Source: an uncultured Candidatus Rokubacteria bacterium
Lineage (GTDB): Bacteria; Methylomirabilota; Methylomirabilia; Rokubacteriales; CSP1-6
Length of the DNA stretch: 64,000 nucleotides
Reading direction: 5' to 3'
NCBI GenBank assembly: GCA_963771355.1
Contig: CAVYTA010000006.1
Span: 64,001-128,000 of the forward strand
A program made the translations under genes and the position numbers. Under the pieces are notes generated by a model. It saw nothing but the letters and a program-made list of their open reading frames with translations, searched no databases and was not told where the DNA came from. Below, piece after piece: positions 42,304-52,320 of this stretch; within the stretch, counting starts at the first letter, position 1, and each line of letters opens with the position of its first letter.

Positions 42304-44712
42304 ATGTTGCGTTTGATGTCGGTCCCCGAGCGCGCACGCCCGGGCCGCAGAGTGCTTCTTCTGGCTCTCCTCGCGCTCCTCTGCTGTGCTTCCTCGAGTC
42401 CCGCGCGCGACGCGAAACGGGCGAGAATCGTGGTGCTCCTGTTTCCGGAGGCGCGACTGCTGCCGGAGATCCTTGCCGTGGAGGGCGCGATTCGCCCGAC
42501 CCTCGACCCGGAAGGAGCGGTCAACTTCTACACCGAGTATCTGGACCTCTCCCGGCTGTCGGATGCGCAGGATGAGCAACAGATGATCGCCTTTCTGCGC
42601 GAGAAGTATGCGAGTCGGCAGGTCGACCTGATCATGCCGGTCGCGTTTCCGACCCTGCGCTTCTTTCTGAAACACCGCGCGGCGCTCTTTCCCGGGGTGC
42701 CGGCCGTCTTCTGCGCGGCGAACCTGGATGCGGTCGCGGGGCTCGAGCTCGGGTCCGCCATCACGGGGGTCCGACTCCCTTCGGAGTGGGGGTCGACGCT
42801 GGAGGCCGCGCTCGCGCTCCAGCCGGCGACGCGGCGGGCGGTGGTGATCACGGGAACCTCGGAGATCGACCAGAACTTGCAAGCAGCGGCCGCTCACGAT
42901 CTCGCCCGATACGGCACTCGGATCGAGGTCGCGTATCTGGCGGGCCTGCCGATCGCGCGTCTGCTCGAGGAAGTGGCCGTCTTGCCGAAGGACAGCATCG
43001 TGTTGTTCGTGTCGCTGCTTCGGGACCAGGCGGGACGTCTGTTCACCGACCCGGAAGCGGTCTCCCTGATCGCCCGCGCCTCGAGTGTGCCGGTGTACAG
43101 CTGGTCGGAGACCCATCTCGGCCATGGGATCGTGGGCGGGCGCCTGGCCAGCTTCGAGACCCAGGGGACCCGGGCGGCCGAGCTCGCGGTGCGGGTGCTC
43201 CGCGGAGAGCGACCGGAGACGCTTCCCGTCGTCGACGGCGGCAAGACGGCGTACATGTTCGACGATCGGGAGCTGCGGCGGTGGGGTCTCAGCGCCAGCC
43301 GGCTACCGGCCGGCAGCATCGTGCGATACGAGGAGGTCTCGCTGTGGTCTCTGTACCGATGGAACATCGTCGGCGCGGGAGCCCTGGTCGCCGCGTTGGC
43401 GCTCCTCAGCGCGGGGCTGCTGGTCGAGCGCACGGGCCGGAGGCGCGCGGAGCTCTCGCTCGGCGAGCGCCTTCGCTTCGAGACGCTGCTGGCGGAGCAG
43501 GCCGCCACGTTCAGCCGGGTCTCCGGGACCGACGTCGATCGAGAGATCGAGCGGGCGCTTCGACGGATCGCGGACTTTCTTGCCGTGGACTGGAGCGGTT
43601 TGACGGAGTACTCCGAGGACAGCCAGACGGCGCGGGTCACGCACTGGTGGATGGCCGAGGGGATGGATCCGCCCCCGGTGGCACTTGGATTCGACGAGAT
43701 TCCGTGGAGCGTGACCCAGCTGCGACAGGGAGAGACGGTGAGGTTCACGCAGATCGAGGAGCTGCCCGAGAGTGAAGCGGCGGTGGACCGGCAGACCTAT
43801 CGTCGGTTAGGGGTCAAGTCGCAGGTCGCGATCCCGTTGACCGTAGAGGGGACGGTGGTCGGGGCCCTCGCGTTCAGCGCGGTGGCGACCGAGCGTACCT
43901 GGCGGGACGAGTTCGTCCAGCGCCTCCAGCTTCTCGGCGAGGTCTTCGCCAATACCTTGTCGCGTCGACGAGCGGAGATGGAAGGCGAACGACTCCGGCA
44001 GGATCTCGCTCACGTCGGGCGCGTCGCCACGGTAGGGGAGCTGACCACCTCGCTCGCGCACGAGCTCACCCAGCCCCTGACGGCGATCCTGGCCAATGCC
44101 CAGGCCGCTCGGCGCATCCTCGAGTCTGATGGGCCCGATCTCGCGGAGCTCCGCGCGATCGTGGGGGATATCGTCGATGACGACAAGCGCGCGAGTGAGG
44201 TGATCAACCGGCTACGGGGCTTCCTCAAAAAGGGCACCCTCGAGCGTTCGAGCGTGGACATGGGTGATCTGGTCGGGCAGATGGCAAGGCTGGTGGCCGG
44301 CGATGCCGTCCTCCGAAACGTGGTCACCCGGCTGGAGCTGGCCCCTGACCTCCCTCTCGTGCATGGGGACCGAGTACAGCTTCAGCAGGTCGTTCTGAAC
44401 CTGATCCTCAACGGATTGGACGCGATGCGGGATGGGAAGCCGATGAACCGCACGCTCGTGCTTCGAACGGCTCGCGGGGATGGGGGCTCCGTCGAGGTGA
44501 CGGTCCAGGATTCTGGGGCCGGCATCGAGAAGGCCGATCTCGACAACATCTTCGAGGCCTTCTACACGACCAAGGCCGATGGGCTGGGGATGGGACTGGC
44601 GATCGTCCGCTCCATTGTTGAGGCACACGGAGGCCGGGTGGGAGCCCGGAACAACCCCGAGGGGGGGGCCTCGTTCTCGTTCACGCTGCCTGCCGTCACC
44701 GAAGCGCCCTGA
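42304..44712 (+). CDS. Sensor histidine kinase (periplasmic ABC-substrate-binding-like, TM, GAF, FixL-type HisKA/HATPase)
   Basis: SLAHELTQPL, QLQQVVLNLILN, DSGAGI, FYTTK..GLGMGL. Confidence 0.9.
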   Translation: MLRLMSVPERARPGRRVLLLALLALLCCASSSPARDAKRARIVVLLFPEARLLPEILAVEGAIRPTLDPEGAVNFYTEYLDLSRLSDAQDEQQMIAFLREKYASRQVDLIMPVAFPTLRFFLKHRAALFPGVPAVFCAANLDAVAGLELGSAITGVRLPSEWGSTLEAALALQPATRRAVVITGTSEIDQNLQAAAAHDLARYGTRIEVAYLAGLPIARLLEEVAVLPKDSIVLFVSLLRDQAGRLFTDPEAVSLIARASSVPVYSWSETHLGHGIVGGRLASFETQGTRAAELAVRVLRGERPETLPVVDGGKTAYMFDDRELRRWGLSASRLPAGSIVRYEEVSLWSLYRWNIVGAGALVAALALLSAGLLVERTGRRRAELSLGERLRFETLLAEQAATFSRVSGTDVDREIERALRRIADFLAVDWSGLTEYSEDSQTARVTHWWMAEGMDPPPVALGFDEIPWSVTQLRQGETVRFTQIEELPESEAAVDRQTYRRLGVKSQVAIPLTVEGTVVGALAFSAVATERTWRDEFVQRLQLLGEVFANTLSRRRAEMEGERLRQDLAHVGRVATVGELTTSLAHELTQPLTAILANAQAARRILESDGPDLAELRAIVGDIVDDDKRASEVINRLRGFLKKGTLERSSVDMGDLVGQMARLVAGDAVLRNVVTRLELAPDLPLVHGDRVQLQQVVLNLILNGLDAMRDGKPMNRTLVLRTARGDGGSVEVTVQDSGAGIEKADLDNIFEAFYTTKADGLGMGLAIVRSIVEAHGGRVGARNNPEGGASFSFTLPAVTEAP

Positions 44713-44731
44713 TCGACTCGCGGCCTGGCTA

Positions 44732-44776
44732 TGGGACGAAAGGCCAATAGCCCTGGACCCGCGCGCCCACTAGAGT
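44732..44776 (+). promoter_or_regulatory. Operator copy 5 plus -10 of the desaturase gene
   Basis: GGACGAAAGGCCAATA centred 31.5 bp before TAGAGT. Confidence 0.55.
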
Positions 44777-44795
44777 AGAGGGGAGGAGGATACCG

Positions 44796-45539
44796 ATGCT
44801 CGATCACATGTGGCTTGCCCCGCTCGTTGCCCTGGCGCTCACCCAGATCGCCGCCATCGCGACCTCCGTCTACCTGCACCGGGGACTCGCGCACCGAGCG
44901 TTACGGTTGCATCCGGTCACGGACGGGTGTTTTCGCGCCCTGCTCTGGCTCACGACGGGTCAGAGCCGCCGGGAGTGGGTCGCCGTGCATCGGAAGCATC
45001 ACACCTTCACCGACCGGGCGGGCGACCCCCACAGTCCTCAGGTATTTGGCTTCTGGAATATCCAGTTCTGGAACGTTTTCTATTACATGCGGGAAGCGCG
45101 GAACCCCGAGACGCTTCGAACGTTTGCCCCGGATATCACCGAGGACTGGCTGGATCGGACGGTGTTTTCCTGGGGGCTGGGCGGCCTCGCGCTCGGCATC
45201 GCGCTGCTCTGCCTGGTGTTTGGAGTCTGGGTCGGGCTCGCCGCCGGACTGGTGCACGCGATCCTGTATGTCTTCGTGCTGGCTCCGCTCATCAACGGCC
45301 TGGGTCACTGGCGGGGGGCGAAGAACTTCGACAACACCGCCTTCAATTCCAGGACCCTCGCCTGGTTGACGGGCGGCGAGAGTCTCCACAACAATCATCA
45401 CGCCCACCCGCGCGCGCCGAAGTTCAGCATGCGACGGTTCGAGTTCGATCCCTCGTGGGTCGTGATCCGCTGTCTCGCCGCGGTTGGGCTGGTGGAGATC
45501 GTCGGCGCGCCGGTGAAGCTTACCGGCGCTTCGACCTGA
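44796..45539 (+). CDS. Fatty acid (acyl-CoA delta-9-type) desaturase
   Basis: His boxes HRGLAH, HRKHH, HNNHH; DPHSP. Confidence 0.9.
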   Translation: MLDHMWLAPLVALALTQIAAIATSVYLHRGLAHRALRLHPVTDGCFRALLWLTTGQSRREWVAVHRKHHTFTDRAGDPHSPQVFGFWNIQFWNVFYYMREARNPETLRTFAPDITEDWLDRTVFSWGLGGLALGIALLCLVFGVWVGLAAGLVHAILYVFVLAPLINGLGHWRGAKNFDNTAFNSRTLAWLTGGESLHNNHHAHPRAPKFSMRRFEFDPSWVVIRCLAAVGLVEIVGAPVKLTGAST

Positions 45540-45681
45540 GCCCGAGGAGTACGCTCCCCCCGCTCGGCCGGGCCACGTGGCGTTCCACTACGACGATGTG
45601 ACGATTCGATGAAGTAGTGGCGACGGCCCGAACCCCCATGGTACGGTCCGCCCTGCCCCTGAACGCGGGGGGCGCAGCGGA

Positions 45682-46545
45682 ATGCCGACCAAGAATTCCA
45701 GCCTTGCCCACGTCCTCGCGACGCTCCGTGCCCAGCTGGAGATCGTCCGCGCCAGCGAGGCCGGCACCCGGGCGGGCCGGGACCCCGAGGACCTGCACAA
45801 GATGCGGGTCGCGGTCCGCCGTCTCCGGGCCATTCTCCGGGCGAGCCGGCCGCTGTTCGACGCGAAGTGGGTGAAGGGGCTTCGGAGCGAGCTGGACTGG
45901 CTCGGGACCGCGCTGGGAGTGGCGCGGGACCTCGACGTGCTTCGGGGATACCTGGGCTCGGAGCTCGCCTCCCTCGAGCGGGCCGAGCAGAAGGCGGGCC
46001 AGAGGCTGCTCCGTCGGCTCGATGCCGACCGCGCCCGGGCCAGGGGGGCCCTGCGTGAGGTCCTCGCTGGCCCGCGATACGCCAAGCTCCTGGCCCGCCT
46101 GAAGGCGTCTTTCGCCGCCCCCCCCGTCAGCTCAATGGAGGTCTCGCTTCCCGGCAGTGCCGCCGCCGAGTTCAAGAAGCTTCGCCGGGCGGTCAAGGGG
46201 CTCCCCGGCCACCCGAGTGCCGACGACCTCCACGAGGTCCGGATCAAGGTGAAGCGGGCGCGGTACGCCGCCGAGCTGGTGGAGGCCGCGGGTAGTCGGG
46301 GCACACGGTTCCTGGATCAGGCGAAGACGGTTCAAGACATTCTTGGAGAACACCAGGACGCCGTGGTACTCGAAGAGTATCTACACGAAGTCATCGGCAG
46401 CCGAGAGGCCAAGCATGCGCTCGAGCAGCAGCTTCTCAAACGGCAGCGCAAGCGTCGAAAGAAGACGCGCGCCGCGTTTTTCGAGGAGTGGCCGAGGCTC
46501 GAGCGCCGTGGCCGGAAGGCATGGAGCGCTGCTCCCGTGCCATAG
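45682..46545 (+). CDS. CHAD domain (polyphosphate-binding) protein
   Basis: LHKMRVAVRRLR, RDLDV, LHEVRIKVKRARY, QDILGEHQD. Confidence 0.92.
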   Translation: MPTKNSSLAHVLATLRAQLEIVRASEAGTRAGRDPEDLHKMRVAVRRLRAILRASRPLFDAKWVKGLRSELDWLGTALGVARDLDVLRGYLGSELASLERAEQKAGQRLLRRLDADRARARGALREVLAGPRYAKLLARLKASFAAPPVSSMEVSLPGSAAAEFKKLRRAVKGLPGHPSADDLHEVRIKVKRARYAAELVEAAGSRGTRFLDQAKTVQDILGEHQDAVVLEEYLHEVIGSREAKHALEQQLLKRQRKRRKKTRAAFFEEWPRLERRGRKAWSAAPVP

Positions 46546-46551
46546 CGCCTC

Positions 46552-47049
46552 GTGAACCTCCTGCTGATTCGCCACGCCCCCGCCGTTCCCAACGGAAACG
46601 GCGGCACCCGTGATCACGACCGTCCTCTCACGCGAAAAGGCCGGACCCGCTTCCGGCAAGCGGCCCGAGGGCTGGCCCGGATCGCGGGGCGACCTGACGT
46701 CCTGCTGACGAGCCCTCTCGCCCGTGCCCGCGCAACTGCTGACATCGCCGCGGCCGCCTTCAAGCGGGTGACCCCGAAGATCGAGCCCGCGCTCGGGCAG
46801 GACGACGTCGACGTGCTGGTGACCGCGCTGAAGAAGTACGGTCCTGACGCGACGGTTGCGCTGGTCGGGCACGAGCCCACGCTCTCAGGCCTCCTGGCTC
46901 ACCTGCTCGGCATGCACCAGGGGGACGACCGCTTCGCCTTCAAGAAAGGCGGCGCGGCCCTGGTCCACCTGCCGGACGGACCCTCGATCCCCGGTCAGCT
47001 CAGGTGGTTTGTAAAGCCGCGAATTTTAAGGTCTCTAGGCTCCCACTAG
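46552..47049 (+). CDS. sixA: SixA-like phosphohistidine phosphatase
   Basis: LIRHA, RPLT, SPLARA..T, VGHEP, FKKGG. Confidence 0.85.
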   Translation: MNLLLIRHAPAVPNGNGGTRDHDRPLTRKGRTRFRQAARGLARIAGRPDVLLTSPLARARATADIAAAAFKRVTPKIEPALGQDDVDVLVTALKKYGPDATVALVGHEPTLSGLLAHLLGMHQGDDRFAFKKGGAALVHLPDGPSIPGQLRWFVKPRILRSLGSH

Positions 47050-47115
47050 CTCAGCCCGCCTGGCCGTCGGGACCCATGCTACTCTGAGGTCCTTTCCTTG
47101 TGAGGTAGTCAGCCT

Positions 47116-48090
47116 GTGGCACTAACAAACGGAGCCGGCTTGCGCGGTAGCCCCACCTCGGACCTGGTCGCCATCGTCGATCTGGGCTCAACCGCCGTCC
47201 GATTTCTTCTCGCGCAGATCCGCCCGAGCTCGGGGTTCCGCATCCTCGCCCAGGAGCGGGTGCCGACCCGGCTCGGAGGTGGCGCGCCCGGGACACTGCC
47301 CAGACGGGCCATCGCCAAGACCCTGCGAGCCGTGCATCGCTTCTTCGCCCGCTACTCGCCCCATGGGCAAGGGCCGCGCGTCGTCGCCATCGCGACCTCG
47401 GCGGTCCGGGATGCACGCAATCCCGAGCGACTCCTCGATCCCCTGCGGCGGAACGAGGGCATCGAGGTGCAGGTGCTCAGCGGGCGGGAGGAGGCACGCC
47501 TGGGGGTCATGGCGGCCCTCGAAAGCCTACCCTTCACCAATGGCGTCGTGGCGGACCTGGGGGGAGCGAGCCTGCAGCTCAGTCGGGTGCGCCACCGCCG
47601 CGTGGTCTCGAGCGCCAGCCTGCCGCTGGGGTCGGTCCGGACCACCCGTAACTTCCTGAAACACGATCCACCCACCCCGCGAGAGGTGCGCGAGCTCCGC
47701 ACCGAGATCCGGGAGCGGCTCCGGACCGCCATGCCGCCCGCCAATCACGGCGAGATCCTGGTCGGCATGGGGGGAACGGTTCGCACCCTTGCCAGCATGC
47801 ACCTGCGCGCCAACCCGGGGGAGCGCAAGCACCGGCACGGGCTCGTGCTGCAGCAGTCGGATGTCACCGCCATTCGCGAGCGGCTGGAGGCCCTGTCCTT
47901 TCGGGGGCGGCGCAAGATCCGGGGACTGAAGGCCGAGCGCGCCGACATCATTCTGGCCGGCGCCATGGTCATCGAGGATGTGATGGTCAGCGGAGGGTAT
48001 CTCCGTCTCGTGGTCTGCACCCGGGGAGTGCGGGACGGGTTGCTTCTCCACGAGGCCACCAGGAAAAGGAACTCACATGGGCTCCGATAA
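47116..48090 (+). CDS. ppx: Ppx/GppA exopolyphosphatase
   Basis: VDLGS, ATSAVRDA, LSGREEA, DLGGAS, RADII, GVRDG. Confidence 0.88.
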   Translation: MALTNGAGLRGSPTSDLVAIVDLGSTAVRFLLAQIRPSSGFRILAQERVPTRLGGGAPGTLPRRAIAKTLRAVHRFFARYSPHGQGPRVVAIATSAVRDARNPERLLDPLRRNEGIEVQVLSGREEARLGVMAALESLPFTNGVVADLGGASLQLSRVRHRRVVSSASLPLGSVRTTRNFLKHDPPTPREVRELRTEIRERLRTAMPPANHGEILVGMGGTVRTLASMHLRANPGERKHRHGLVLQQSDVTAIRERLEALSFRGRRKIRGLKAERADIILAGAMVIEDVMVSGGYLRLVVCTRGVRDGLLLHEATRKRNSHGLR

Positions 48091-50155
48091 ATTCGTGAAC
48101 CGGGAACTGTCGTGGCTGGAATTCAACCGGCGTGTCCTCGAAGAGGCGCAGGACCCGAGCGTGCCGCTCCTGGAGCGACTCAAGTTCCTCTCGATCTTCA
48201 GCTCGAACCTGGACGAGTTTTTCATGGTCCGCGTGGCCGCGCTGAAGCGGCGCATCCATGCCGGGGAGCAGACCTCGACCCCCGACGGGCTCACCCCGCT
48301 GCAGACGATGGTGGGGGTGTCGGCCCGGGTGCACGAGCTCGTCGACGCCCAGCACCGCTCATTCCTCCAGGATATCCAGCCGCTCCTCGCCCGCGAGGGA
48401 ATCCTGCTCCTGCGTCCAAAGGAGATCACCGAGGAGCAGCGGCGATTCCTTGAGGACTATTTCCGCCGCATGCTCCTCCCGGTGGTGACCCCGCTCGCGG
48501 TGGACCCGGGGCATCCCTTCCCGTATCTCGGCAACCGCTCGCTGTGCCTGGTGGCGTCGATGCGCCCGTCGGCGCCGTCCGGCTTCCCGCACAGCCAGCT
48601 CTCGATCATCCACATCCCGAGCCAGGCGCTGCCGCGATTCATCGCGCTCCCCGACCCGGACGGCAAGCGCGCGTTCATGCTCCTCGAGGACGTGATTCGT
48701 CTGCACCTGCCGACCATCTACAACGGCTACGACATCGTCTCGAGCCACGCGATTCGAGTCACCCGAGACGCCGATCTCCCCGACCTGCCGACCCGGCCCT
48801 CGGACCTCCTGAGCGGCATCGAGCGGAGCCTGCGCGAGCGTCGGCTGGGAGACGCGGTGCGCCTGCAGCACGACGGCGATCTCCCGCCGGAGATCCTGGC
48901 CCTGCTGCTCGATGAGCTGGAGCTGCAGGCCGACGACGTCTACGAGGGCGCGGGCTTCGCCGCTTTCTCGGATCTCCTGCAGCTCTACTCCGCGCTCGAG
49001 ATCCCGCGTCTCAAGGACCCGCCGCGACCGCCGCACCCGGTGGCCGCGCTGGAGAGCACCTCCGATATCTGGGGCGCCATCCGGGAGCGCGACATCCTCG
49101 TGCACCATCCGTATCAGAGCTTCGACAGCGTCACCCGGTTCGTGCAGGAGGCCTCCAGCGATCCGAAGGTGCTGGCCATCAAGATGACGCTCTACCGGGT
49201 CAGTCCCGCGTCGCCGATCGCGCACGCCTTGCAGACCGCGGTGGAGAACGGCAAGGAGGTGGCGGTGCTCGTCGAGCTGCAGGCCCGATTCGACGAGGAG
49301 GCGAACATCCGCTGGGCCCGCGCGCTCGAGGAAGTGGGCGCCCACGTGGTGTACGGCTTCCCCGGATTCAAGACGCACTGCAAGGCGTGTCTGGTCGTCC
49401 GGCAGGAGTCGGACGGCATCCGGCGGTACTGCCACCTCGCCACCGGGAACTACAATGTCCGGACCGCGGGGGTCTATAGCGACGTGGGGCTCTTCACCGG
49501 CCGGCGCCAGTTCGGCGAGGACCTGACCCAGCTCTTCAACCTCCTCACCGGCTACACGCGCCCGACCGGGTTCCACCACCTCATCCTCGCGCCCACCACG
49601 ATGCGTGACGCGTTCGTGGAACGGATCCGCCGCGAGGCGGAGCATGCCCGGGCGGGCCGCCCGGCGCGCATCATCGCCAAGATGAACGCCCTGGTCGACC
49701 GGAGCCTGATCGAGGAGCTGTACGCGGCGAGCGCGGCCGGGGTGCAGATCGATCTTCTCGTCCGCGGCATCTGCTGCCTGCGCCCGGAGGTCCCGAATCT
49801 CTCGGAGAACATCCGCGTCGTCTCGATCGTGGACCGGTATCTCGAGCACTCGCGCATCTACTGCTTCGAGAACGCCGGGCAGCCTGAGTACCTGCTGGCC
49901 TCGGCGGACTGGATGCCCCGCAACCTCGACCGGCGGGTGGAGGTAGCCTTCCCAGTCCTGGACCCAGCCCTGCACCGGCAGATCCGCGAGATCCTCGAGA
50001 CCCAGCTCGCCGACACGGCGAAGGCGCGCCGCATTCTCCCCGACGGTACCTCGGAGCGCGTCCGGTCGAACGGCCGCCCCGCCCTGCGCTCCCAGGAGCG
50101 TCTCTACGAGCTGATCGGGAACGGAGGCACCGGCGCGGAGGCCCCCGAGCGCTGA
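48077..50155 (+). CDS. ppk1: Polyphosphate kinase 1
   Basis: NRELSWLEFN, SNLDEFFMVR, HHPY, ARFDEE, TGNYN, SADWMPRN. Confidence 0.96.
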   Translation: MGSDKFVNRELSWLEFNRRVLEEAQDPSVPLLERLKFLSIFSSNLDEFFMVRVAALKRRIHAGEQTSTPDGLTPLQTMVGVSARVHELVDAQHRSFLQDIQPLLAREGILLLRPKEITEEQRRFLEDYFRRMLLPVVTPLAVDPGHPFPYLGNRSLCLVASMRPSAPSGFPHSQLSIIHIPSQALPRFIALPDPDGKRAFMLLEDVIRLHLPTIYNGYDIVSSHAIRVTRDADLPDLPTRPSDLLSGIERSLRERRLGDAVRLQHDGDLPPEILALLLDELELQADDVYEGAGFAAFSDLLQLYSALEIPRLKDPPRPPHPVAALESTSDIWGAIRERDILVHHPYQSFDSVTRFVQEASSDPKVLAIKMTLYRVSPASPIAHALQTAVENGKEVAVLVELQARFDEEANIRWARALEEVGAHVVYGFPGFKTHCKACLVVRQESDGIRRYCHLATGNYNVRTAGVYSDVGLFTGRRQFGEDLTQLFNLLTGYTRPTGFHHLILAPTTMRDAFVERIRREAEHARAGRPARIIAKMNALVDRSLIEELYAASAAGVQIDLLVRGICCLRPEVPNLSENIRVVSIVDRYLEHSRIYCFENAGQPEYLLASADWMPRNLDRRVEVAFPVLDPALHRQIREILETQLADTAKARRILPDGTSERVRSNGRPALRSQERLYELIGNGGTGAEAPER

Positions 50156-50179
50156 CCGAGGCTTGAGGGTCCCCGCCGC

Positions 50180-50347
50180 TCCCCGTCCATCAGATCATGC
50201 TGGCGGTCAACGGCATCCACCCTGCTGGAGAACATGCGGCTGGAGGAGCTGGCGGCCAAGCGCGTCCACGAGTTCGCCTTCGTGATGCAGCCGCTCAAGC
50301 GGCAGGGATTCTCGGGCGCGTCGGTCGCGCCGATCGCGATTCGCTAA
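50180..50347 (+). pseudogene. Cyclase (kynurenine formamidase-like) C-terminal remnant
   Basis: PVHQIMLAVNGIH/LLENMRLEELA..FAF..PLK..G..APIAIR*. Confidence 0.65.
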
Positions 50348-50387
50348 CGCGGGAGGGGGCGGGGGCGGCGGCGCCCGCGGTGACTCG

Positions 50388-52271
50388 TCACCGCGGGCGC
50401 GCTCCGTAGACGGGCGGCGGCGTACCAGCCTCGCGCGCGCCCAGGTCGGGAGCCGCTCCCGCAAAGCCGTCGTTGAAGTTGGGCAGGCGCGTTCCGGCAT
50501 CGATCCCCCTCGAGCGCGGGTGCAGCGTGAAGTCGGCGGGCGGCTGCCGGAGGGTGGTGTGGCTGCTCGGGATTTCCACCGCGGGCTGGAAGATGGGCTC
50601 GGAGAGGATCACCCCATGATGCTCGTACGGGGAGCCCCCGCGCAGCGCATCCAGGCTCGCCCAGGTCGCGTCGAACCGGAACGTGCCACGGGGGAACCAA
50701 CCGTTCCAGTCGAAGTGACTGTGGCGGATGCGGGTGGCGAAGACGACGGTGGAGACCGCCCGACCCTCCGGCCGCCCGGCGCCCACCACGACGTTGTTGT
50801 AGACGCGGAGATTCGAGACCGAGCCCGAGTACTGGAACCAGGCCTGCCCCGTCTTGACGCTGGTGTTGTGCAGGATCAGGGCACCGCTGGGATCGTTGTT
50901 GAGCTTGTAGGGGCTACGGGCGGCGTTGTAGATGACGTTCCGGAACGCATAGGCCGGTCCCCCCCAGACGGGCTGGAAGCTGATCCCGTGCGAGACGTTG
51001 GTGAACCGGTTCCGGTAGGCGCGCACGTTGCGCTCGCTGAGATCCAGCTCGATGCCGTCATCGCCGCCCCAGCGCACGTCGTTGCCGAAGAAGTCCACCC
51101 CGCGATTCGGCTCGGCATACCACTCGCGGCTGATCTCCATCCGACGCCCCTCGCGGTAGCCGCGGTCCATCCCCAGGGAGTCGCCGAATCCCGACAGCGT
51201 GTTGTGGCACACGACGTGACCGCTGCCCCGAACGATGATCCCCTCGAAGTTCCACACGCTGCGGTCGGTGTTGGGCCAGACGACCTCGCGGCCCTCCAGC
51301 ACGTTGTCGCAGATGGTGAGGTTGCGGTTCCGGTGGCCCCGGAGCCGCCCGTCGTCCCCGAGGTCGCCGCCGGCGTTGATGCCGTTGGCCACGCGGCTGA
51401 CCAGGGTCTGCCGGATCACGACACCCTCCGCGTCCGCCACGCGCATGCCCCACACGCTGCCGACGACGCTGAGGCTCTCCACCGTCACGTACGAGCCTAG
51501 AATGCTGAGGCCGGCGCGCGCGCCGGTTGCGTCGAGCACGACGCCTCGCGCGTCCTCTCCCCGCACGACGATGGGGTTCTCGGGCGTCCCGCTCCGCTCG
51601 ATCGCGACCGGGCCCGCGTACTGGCCGGGCGCAAGCGTGATGACGTCTCCGGGCCGTGCGCCCGCCAGCGCCGCCTGCAGCGCGTCCGCGGACGCCACGC
51701 GTACCGGCCGGGGGGCGGCGGGGGCGGCGGGCGGAAGCGCGCGCGTCGCCGTCGTCACCGTCCGGGTGGCGCCGCCGCCGTCGGGATCCTGCACCTCGAC
51801 GCGCACCTCGTAGGAAGCGCCCGGCATGAGGTCGACGATGCTGCCCGCGAACTGCGGGCGGACGGTGAAGCCGATCCGGTCGTCGGTATCGGCGGCGGGC
51901 AGGGTGTCCGGACGCACGCGGAAGAGCGGCAGCGCCTCGCGCCAGGCCCCGCCGGGCTCCCGGTAGGAGACGGTGGCCGTCGCGTTGTAGTTGTCGTCGC
52001 CCTCGATCGAGAGCGAGAAGCCGAGGCAGTGGAAGGTGGGGGGATCGACCTCGAGGGCTCCCACCGTGATGGCGGGCGCCACCGAGGCCACGGCGGGAGT
52101 CGCGGCGTATCCTCGGCGGCCCGGCCGAACAGGAGCATCCGCGCCGCCCGCGCAAGCGGCGAGCAGGCAAGCCGCGAGGCCCAGCGCGGCCAGGCGGACG
52201 ACAGAGTTGCGCCCCGGCCGCCGCGCCCGCGCCTCGACGGCCTCGTCGGTGTCAGGCCGAGCGGGAATCAT
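50388..52271 (-). CDS. Secreted lipoprotein with FN3-like and right-handed beta-helix domains (polysaccharide-lyase-like)
   Basis: LAAC lipobox, PGDVITLAPG, DDGIE, repeated RN/NN beta-helix motifs, APDLGA. Confidence 0.75.
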   Translation of the reverse strand: MIPARPDTDEAVEARARRPGRNSVVRLAALGLAACLLAACAGGADAPVRPGRRGYAATPAVASVAPAITVGALEVDPPTFHCLGFSLSIEGDDNYNATATVSYREPGGAWREALPLFRVRPDTLPAADTDDRIGFTVRPQFAGSIVDLMPGASYEVRVEVQDPDGGGATRTVTTATRALPPAAPAAPRPVRVASADALQAALAGARPGDVITLAPGQYAGPVAIERSGTPENPIVVRGEDARGVVLDATGARAGLSILGSYVTVESLSVVGSVWGMRVADAEGVVIRQTLVSRVANGINAGGDLGDDGRLRGHRNRNLTICDNVLEGREVVWPNTDRSVWNFEGIIVRGSGHVVCHNTLSGFGDSLGMDRGYREGRRMEISREWYAEPNRGVDFFGNDVRWGGDDGIELDLSERNVRAYRNRFTNVSHGISFQPVWGGPAYAFRNVIYNAARSPYKLNNDPSGALILHNTSVKTGQAWFQYSGSVSNLRVYNNVVVGAGRPEGRAVSTVVFATRIRHSHFDWNGWFPRGTFRFDATWASLDALRGGSPYEHHGVILSEPIFQPAVEIPSSHTTLRQPPADFTLHPRSRGIDAGTRLPNFNDGFAGAAPDLGAREAGTPPPVYGARPR

Positions 52272-52320
52272 GGACGATGCTGCGCTCGGGCACGCGACGG
52301 TGTCAAGGACCGATACCCTC

